Shown: piece after piece, positions 59,286-64,000 of the stretch
Numbering within the stretch: position 1 is the first letter of the stretch
Layout of the letters: every line of letters starts with the position of its first letter
NCBI GenBank assembly: GCA_017409785.1
Contig: JAFQSD010000002.1
Span: forward strand, 162,597-226,596
Length of the DNA: 64,000 nucleotides
Source: Bacilli bacterium
Lineage (GTDB): Bacteria; Bacillota_I; Bacilli_A; RF39; UBA660
Reading direction: 5' to 3'
Translations under genes and position numbers: made by a program
Notes under the pieces: model-generated
What the model was told of the DNA's origin: nothing
What the model saw: the letters and a program-made list of their open reading frames with translations, nothing else
The model's database searches: none

Positions 59286-59289
59286 ACAT

Positions 59290-60318
59290 TTAATCCTTTC
59301 TTAGCATTAATGAATTTATACTTTTAGAAAATTTCAAAATATCATCAACACTATATCTTTGTATTTTTTCTTTACTAAGAACATTCGTAATCATTAATAC
59401 TTCAACATCATCCTTAAAATCATTAATAAACTTTAATTTTTTTGATGAAATATTAAAATACTCATTATTTGATGTTGTATAGAAAACTAATATATATTTT
59501 AGCCTATAACCATATCTACATTCAAAATCATATAATGAATACGGATACATAGAAGAAATATTAATAACTTCATTTTTATACTCATCTTTTAGCTCTAATT
59601 CAATTAATGAAATAGCCTTATCTTTTGCAATTTCCATATATTCCAAATAATTATCAGGGCCAATTAGTTGACCATATTTTTGCCTTAGTGAAACAATTTC
59701 CATATCATATGATTCAGCAAATTCATTAAATATACTTGTAAATTTATTACCCACGCCTTTATTGTTTATAAAAACTTTTGAATAAGGAATATGATTTTCG
59801 CCAATAATAGTTACATTAAAATTCAGTATGTCTAAATCAAAATCATACTCAAAACTATTTACAATAAAAGCATAATCATTTAATTTTTTTGAAATTAAAC
59901 TCATAATATATTTATTATCTATAACAATATCGTCATCTTCAAATTTTAAGCTCAACGGATAATGAAGTTTTATTCGTCCAAATTGAGCTTTAGTTGGATC
60001 AACTTCTTCTTTTATATACATGCAAAACATAGTACCATCATTTTCAATTAAATAACCATTTACAGATATTTTATCGAACAAAAAAACATTATTGATTTTT
60101 ATTCGCGATTTTGAATTTTTTATTAATTCATCTATAAGCTTAGGTTTAAAATTAAAATTAATTTGCTTAGGTATTTTAAATATTTGCATTAATCTCTCAT
60201 TAGTTGAATTCCCCTGTTTTATAGGAGTTGAAACTGTCGCAGTATGCCCCGATTCATTATCATTAAATATATTTAAAAATAAAGATTTAGTATCAATGGG
60301 TAATGTTATTTTTTGCAC
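59290..60318 (-). CDS. Hypothetical protein (342 aa), between the methyltransferase and the GHKL ATPase genes.
   Basis: No motif. It overlaps dcm by 1 nt and is followed 4 nt later by the GHKL gene. Confidence 0.4.
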   Translation of the reverse strand: MQKITLPIDTKSLFLNIFNDNESGHTATVSTPIKQGNSTNERLMQIFKIPKQINFNFKPKLIDELIKNSKSRIKINNVFLFDKISVNGYLIENDGTMFCMYIKEEVDPTKAQFGRIKLHYPLSLKFEDDDIVIDNKYIMSLISKKLNDYAFIVNSFEYDFDLDILNFNVTIIGENHIPYSKVFINNKGVGNKFTSIFNEFAESYDMEIVSLRQKYGQLIGPDNYLEYMEIAKDKAISLIELELKDEYKNEVINISSMYPYSLYDFECRYGYRLKYILVFYTTSNNEYFNISSKKLKFINDFKDDVEVLMITNVLSKEKIQRYSVDDILKFSKSINSLMLRKD

Positions 60319-61460
60319 TAGTCTTCCATCTCCTTTATCATTTGTTTAAAAATTTTTTCTAAGATTGGAACTATAATAGAATTTCCAATTAATTTATTAA
60401 TTTTTCTATAACTTAATCCTAAACTTCTAACCTTTTCATAATCTTCTTCAGAAAAGCCCATCATCAAGAATGCCTCTCTCATAGTAAGCAATCTATAAGA
60501 CTCTCCTTTTGGCCCATCATATGCTATCATCCCAGAATTATTTTGTCTATCCATATTACAAGTTATCGTATTAAAATATGTAATTTCGTTTATATCTCTT
60601 TTATTTGTATTCCACATTTTTTCTCTTGAAACCGTTCTAGGTAATTGTGCTTCATCAGCTTCAGACTTATACACCGGATTAGAATAATCTAATCTTAAAA
60701 AATTATATATTTCTTTTCGTTTTAATCGTTTCTTTGGAATTTGAGAAAGAATATCTTCTTTTCCATTTAAAACACTAAGCATAAAACATCTTTCTCTATC
60801 TTGTGGAACACCAAAATCGATACCAGAAAAAACCATAACTTCGTTTCTATATCCTAACTTTTTCAAAAAACTCTTCCACATTTCAAAATCTTCAGCATTT
60901 GAGGGAGCAAGAATAGCTTTTACATTTTCCATAAGTAAAAACTTAGGTAATCTGTTTTCCTTAGACAATCCATTTAAAATTCTTTCTATTTCCCACAACA
61001 AACCAGATCTAGTACCTGAACCTTTTTTCATTCCTTGTGTTTTTCCACCTGTAGATAAATCTTGACACGGAAAACTATAAGTTAGCAAATCATGGTCAGG
61101 TATTTCTGACGAATCAATATCGATTATAGAACCAAGATTTTTAGATCTTTTATTTGCAACATATAATCTTTCTATTTCACCCTTTGTTAAACCTTTTAAA
61201 CTATTACATGGCTTTACAGAATCTTTACTAAAAGTAAAATTACTTAAATATTTAATTTGCTCTTCATATGATGGTATTTCAATTATTTCATCACTACAAT
61301 TAATCGCATCATAAGATAAAATTGCATTAATAAACCAATCACTTGTTGCAACAATTTCATGTTTTATTTTAGAATTCTTCAGTGCTTTGGCCTGAGCGCC
61401 AATACCAGAAAAAGTTTCAAATACTTTTAATTTTCTTGTCATACTTCGTACCCCCATCAA
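60318..61460 (-). CDS. dcm: DNA (cytosine-5)-methyltransferase.
   Basis: Motif I is FETFSGIGA (FxGxG). Motif IV is SFPCQDLS (PCQ). Motif VI is ENV. Motif VIII is QDRERCF. Confidence 0.85.
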   Translation of the reverse strand: MMGVRSMTRKLKVFETFSGIGAQAKALKNSKIKHEIVATSDWFINAILSYDAINCSDEIIEIPSYEEQIKYLSNFTFSKDSVKPCNSLKGLTKGEIERLYVANKRSKNLGSIIDIDSSEIPDHDLLTYSFPCQDLSTGGKTQGMKKGSGTRSGLLWEIERILNGLSKENRLPKFLLMENVKAILAPSNAEDFEMWKSFLKKLGYRNEVMVFSGIDFGVPQDRERCFMLSVLNGKEDILSQIPKKRLKRKEIYNFLRLDYSNPVYKSEADEAQLPRTVSREKMWNTNKRDINEITYFNTITCNMDRQNNSGMIAYDGPKGESYRLLTMREAFLMMGFSEEDYEKVRSLGLSYRKINKLIGNSIIVPILEKIFKQMIKEMED

Positions 61461-61802
61461 TTATAATTATTTATCATTATATCTATAAGATATATTTTCA
61501 ATTTTTGATTAAAATCTAAACATATATGATTTAATGTATTTAACAATTTTTCTAAATTAATTTAATAACATCTTATATACAATAAGATTATATCATATAA
61601 AGAACCAAATTCCCTACGATTTAAAGAAAAAAGCTAAAATATAAACAAACAATAAAAAAAGATGTAATCTAAATTACAACTTAGAAATTTTAATATATTA
61701 TTTGTTACCAAAGTATTCATAAAATTAAATGCTAGAAAAAATGAATATAAACTAAATTGGGAGACTTAATATCTATCAAAATGGTAAGACAGAACAGCTG
61801 TC

Positions 61803-62663
61803 TTAAATATCCTCACCATAATAATCATCATCTTCAAACTCTTCTTCAGAAAATTGAATAGGTTCATATTCACCTGATTCTACTAAATCTATTTCATACT
61901 CAGATAATCCCCAAGTGTTTCTTAATTTGTCTCTATACTCTTCTCTTTCTTTTTCTTCTCTTGATTTCTTACGATTTTTATAAATACTGTATCCTACAGC
62001 ACCTACTGCCATAGCATCACCAATACTAATTCTATCACCAGGTTTTACCTGTTTAAAAGCATCATCACTTGTTAATAAATTAAAGTCATCATATAACTCT
62101 AAAAAATGATTATAAGAATTTCTAACTATCTCTAATAAATCATCATTTAAATCTATTAGTTTTATATTTCTAAATGACTCAATAGTTTCTTCATATTCTT
62201 GTAATTCAAAATACAAAGAATCTAATTCATCATTATCTTCTTCTACTTCTGCATAAGACATTTCTACTTCTAATAATTTATTTTCTATATCATCACATAT
62301 ACTAAGTATTTCATTAAAAGAAAAAGTATTATCTTTAACTTCACTTTTATTATTAGAAATAATAGGTTCTATTTTTAATTTATCATTATTAGGAGTTGGT
62401 TCATAATTCCATTTTATACTAGTATGAGTACTATTTCTTTTAAGCACATTTCTTCTAGAATTTTCTTCTTGAAATTGCTTTTCAGCTTTCTTAATTTTAT
62501 GTTGTTCTACCATCTTAATAATATCAGCAGTAATCCACAATACAACACCAATAACAATAGGTACTAATAATATAGGAAAAGCACATACTACAGCAACAGG
62601 TACAACTAATGCAACTAAACATCCATCTACTTTTTCCGAATTTCTTTTTCTGTTTCTTCCCAT
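61803..62663 (-). CDS. Membrane-anchored hypothetical protein with an acidic C-terminus.
   Basis: N-terminal TM helix (LVALVVPVAVVCAFPILLVPIVIGVVLW). Acidic tail …EEEFEDDDYYGEDI. Confidence 0.4.
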   Translation of the reverse strand: MGRNRKRNSEKVDGCLVALVVPVAVVCAFPILLVPIVIGVVLWITADIIKMVEQHKIKKAEKQFQEENSRRNVLKRNSTHTSIKWNYEPTPNNDKLKIEPIISNNKSEVKDNTFSFNEILSICDDIENKLLEVEMSYAEVEEDNDELDSLYFELQEYEETIESFRNIKLIDLNDDLLEIVRNSYNHFLELYDDFNLLTSDDAFKQVKPGDRISIGDAMAVGAVGYSIYKNRKKSREEKEREEYRDKLRNTWGLSEYEIDLVESGEYEPIQFSEEEFEDDDYYGEDI

Positions 62664-62675
62664 ATTATCAGCTCA

Positions 62676-63296
62676 CTACTTTCTTTTTTTTACTTCTTCT
62701 AACCACAAACGAAACTCTGCATCAAGTGGAATTTCATCTTTATATTTTTCTCTAAACCATTTTTGATATTCTAAATAATCATCATAATTATCCAACTTAC
62801 TCCAAGATGTATTTAACTTAGAATATTTAGTAATAGATAACATATAACTATCAATAGGAATATGACAATACTCATAGACAGCATCTATTCTAGAATATTC
62901 TAACAAATGTAAATTTTTAAAGGTCATATTAATCCATTTTTGAGCTTGACCAATTGTAAATTCTTGTTCACCAAATATTTCTATTAGCTTGTAGCATTGC
63001 TCTCTATGCAATTTATCAAATAATTCTTGATTCATATTACATTCCACAATATACTCAATGTATTTTTTTATACTTTCCCTTGCATTAGTTTTAATAACAT
63101 TATTATTTTTATTAGATGCAAAACCACGAATAGTTCTCATTAAATCTCTATATGCTTTGCCAATAGCTAATTCAACAACATCATCTTCAAATAAAGTTCC
63201 ATTCCACCATTTATTTTTTTCTTCAGTTGTTATTACACTTTTTCTCATTAAATACACCACACTTATATATAAATTATAACATAAAAGAAGTCTCAC
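62676..63296 (-). CDS. Hypothetical protein.
   Basis: No diagnostic motif. The start may be the internal MRKSVITT (63248). Confidence 0.35.
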   Translation of the reverse strand: MRLLLCYNLYISVVYLMRKSVITTEEKNKWWNGTLFEDDVVELAIGKAYRDLMRTIRGFASNKNNNVIKTNARESIKKYIEYIVECNMNQELFDKLHREQCYKLIEIFGEQEFTIGQAQKWINMTFKNLHLLEYSRIDAVYEYCHIPIDSYMLSITKYSKLNTSWSKLDNYDDYLEYQKWFREKYKDEIPLDAEFRLWLEEVKKRK

Positions 63297-63304
63297 GACT
63301 TCTT

Positions 63305-64000
63305 TTACTTATTATTAACAATTTGAATAATTAACTCACCATGAGTTTTCACTTTTATAGGAGCAAGTATATTAGAATTCTTTAATTCTTCTAATGTTTT
63401 TGGTCTAAGTTCTACTAACTTATCTAATTCTTCATTATTAAAAACATAGTAAGCAGGATAATTCATTTCTTTAGATCTAGCTACTCTAAAGTCTAATAAT
63501 CTTTTCTTTAATTCATCATCACTTATTTCTTTAACTACTTCTTTACCAACAAACTTATCTTTATAGTATTCATAATAATTAATATTATTAACTACATTCA
63601 TATTTAAAAATGTATTAGCCCAATCTTCTAATTCTTTTCTACTATACCATATAGTTTTATCAGACTTATCTAAATCATATTGTATTTTTCTAACTAAAGC
63701 ATCTGCTTTAATAACTTTATCTTTAATATCTTTGGGAGCATACTTTGTATTTAATATAGTTTCATTATTGGCAGCTACTACTAATACTCTATGAGTATCA
63801 GTAAAGTTGTTTTCTGATAAAGCTCTTTTAATAAAATTAATTACTTTATTAGAACTTAATCTGTTATTCCAAATCTTTTTATATACATCTCTTTGAGCTT
63901 CTACTTGTCTTAATGGAGAATACATACCTTTCTTAATCTTTTTATTATTAATATTATATTCTCTAATAAAGTCACCATTTTCATTAACTGTAATATTACC
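63305..64000 (-). CDS. Hypothetical protein. The gene probably extends beyond the window end.
   Basis: The reading frame is open upstream of the first ATG (63925) all the way to position 64000. No RBS precedes that ATG. Confidence 0.35.
   Translation of the reverse strand, partial: GNITVNENGDFIREYNINNKKIKKGMYSPLRQVEAQRDVYKKIWNNRLSSNKVINFIKRALSENNFTDTHRVLVVAANNETILNTKYAPKDIKDKVIKADALVRKIQYDLDKSDKTIWYSRKELEDWANTFLNMNVVNNINYYEYYKDKFVGKEVVKEISDDELKKRLLDFRVARSKEMNYPAYYVFNNEELDKLVELRPKTLEELKNSNILAPIKVKTHGELIIQIVNNK

Noticed and set aside
54128-60349. Small plus-strand ORFs 54128-54328, 57609-57863 and 60092-60349 within the Dcm-linked operon.
   Set aside because: They are antisense to an operon that is tightly overlapping in the forward direction. 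They are composition artefacts.
1-64000. Search for tRNA, rRNA, integrase, transposase or insertion-sequence inverted repeats that would mark a mobile element.
   Set aside because: No cloverleaf-like GTTC…(T-loop)/anticodon-arm patterns, rRNA signatures or DDE/tyrosine-recombinase motifs were seen. The island appears to be non-mobile or degraded.

Overview
This is an AT-rich (~27% GC) chromosomal segment from a low-GC Firmicutes-type genome. The glmS ribozyme, a T-box leader, a dockerin, and lipoproteins with LxGC lipoboxes all point that way. Almost all genes sit on the minus strand.

Positions 1 to ~27.7 kb are ordinary housekeeping and cell-envelope genes. They include:
- glmS with its ribozyme leader.
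- An archaeal-type aspS behind a T-box leader.
- tsaC, a CDF transporter, NUDIX hydrolases, and an MBOAT/DHHW O-acyltransferase pair.
- A Zn-metallopeptidase, many lipoproteins and membrane proteins.
- A papain-like (C1) surface protease with Listeria-Bacteroides repeats and a dockerin.

Positions ~27.7 to 64 kb are a dense defence island, containing:
- A contiguous minus-strand block (27776-35606) that I cannot assign to any described system. It holds a SWIM zinc-finger protein, two large proteins that each carry two Abi_2/HEPN-type RNxxxH motifs, a radical-SAM/SPASM enzyme with a translationally coupled 66-aa ORF, a 225-aa hypothetical and a P-loop NTPase. A diverged HEPN paralog lies nearby.
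- A fused OLD-family ATPase-Toprim nuclease paired with a small P-loop kinase.
- A QueC-like PP-loop ATPase paired with an unknown partner.
- A DUF4238 protein.
- An Mrr-catalytic-domain type IV-like endonuclease.
- A six-gene operon linked to a C5 cytosine methyltransferase, encoding a Z1 ATPase, a GHKL (MutL-like) ATPase, an AIPR-like protein and a PD-(D/E)XK-like protein. This resembles the Mza-type methylase-associated defence system.

Three copies of a conserved ~60-bp intergenic element (CTAG…TTGTACCNTAGTTA) and two copies of a second element (TTTACTTCCTTGAAT…) sit in front of several of these defence genes. They suggest shared regulation or recombination scars.

I found no rRNA, tRNA, CRISPR array, integrase or transposase.
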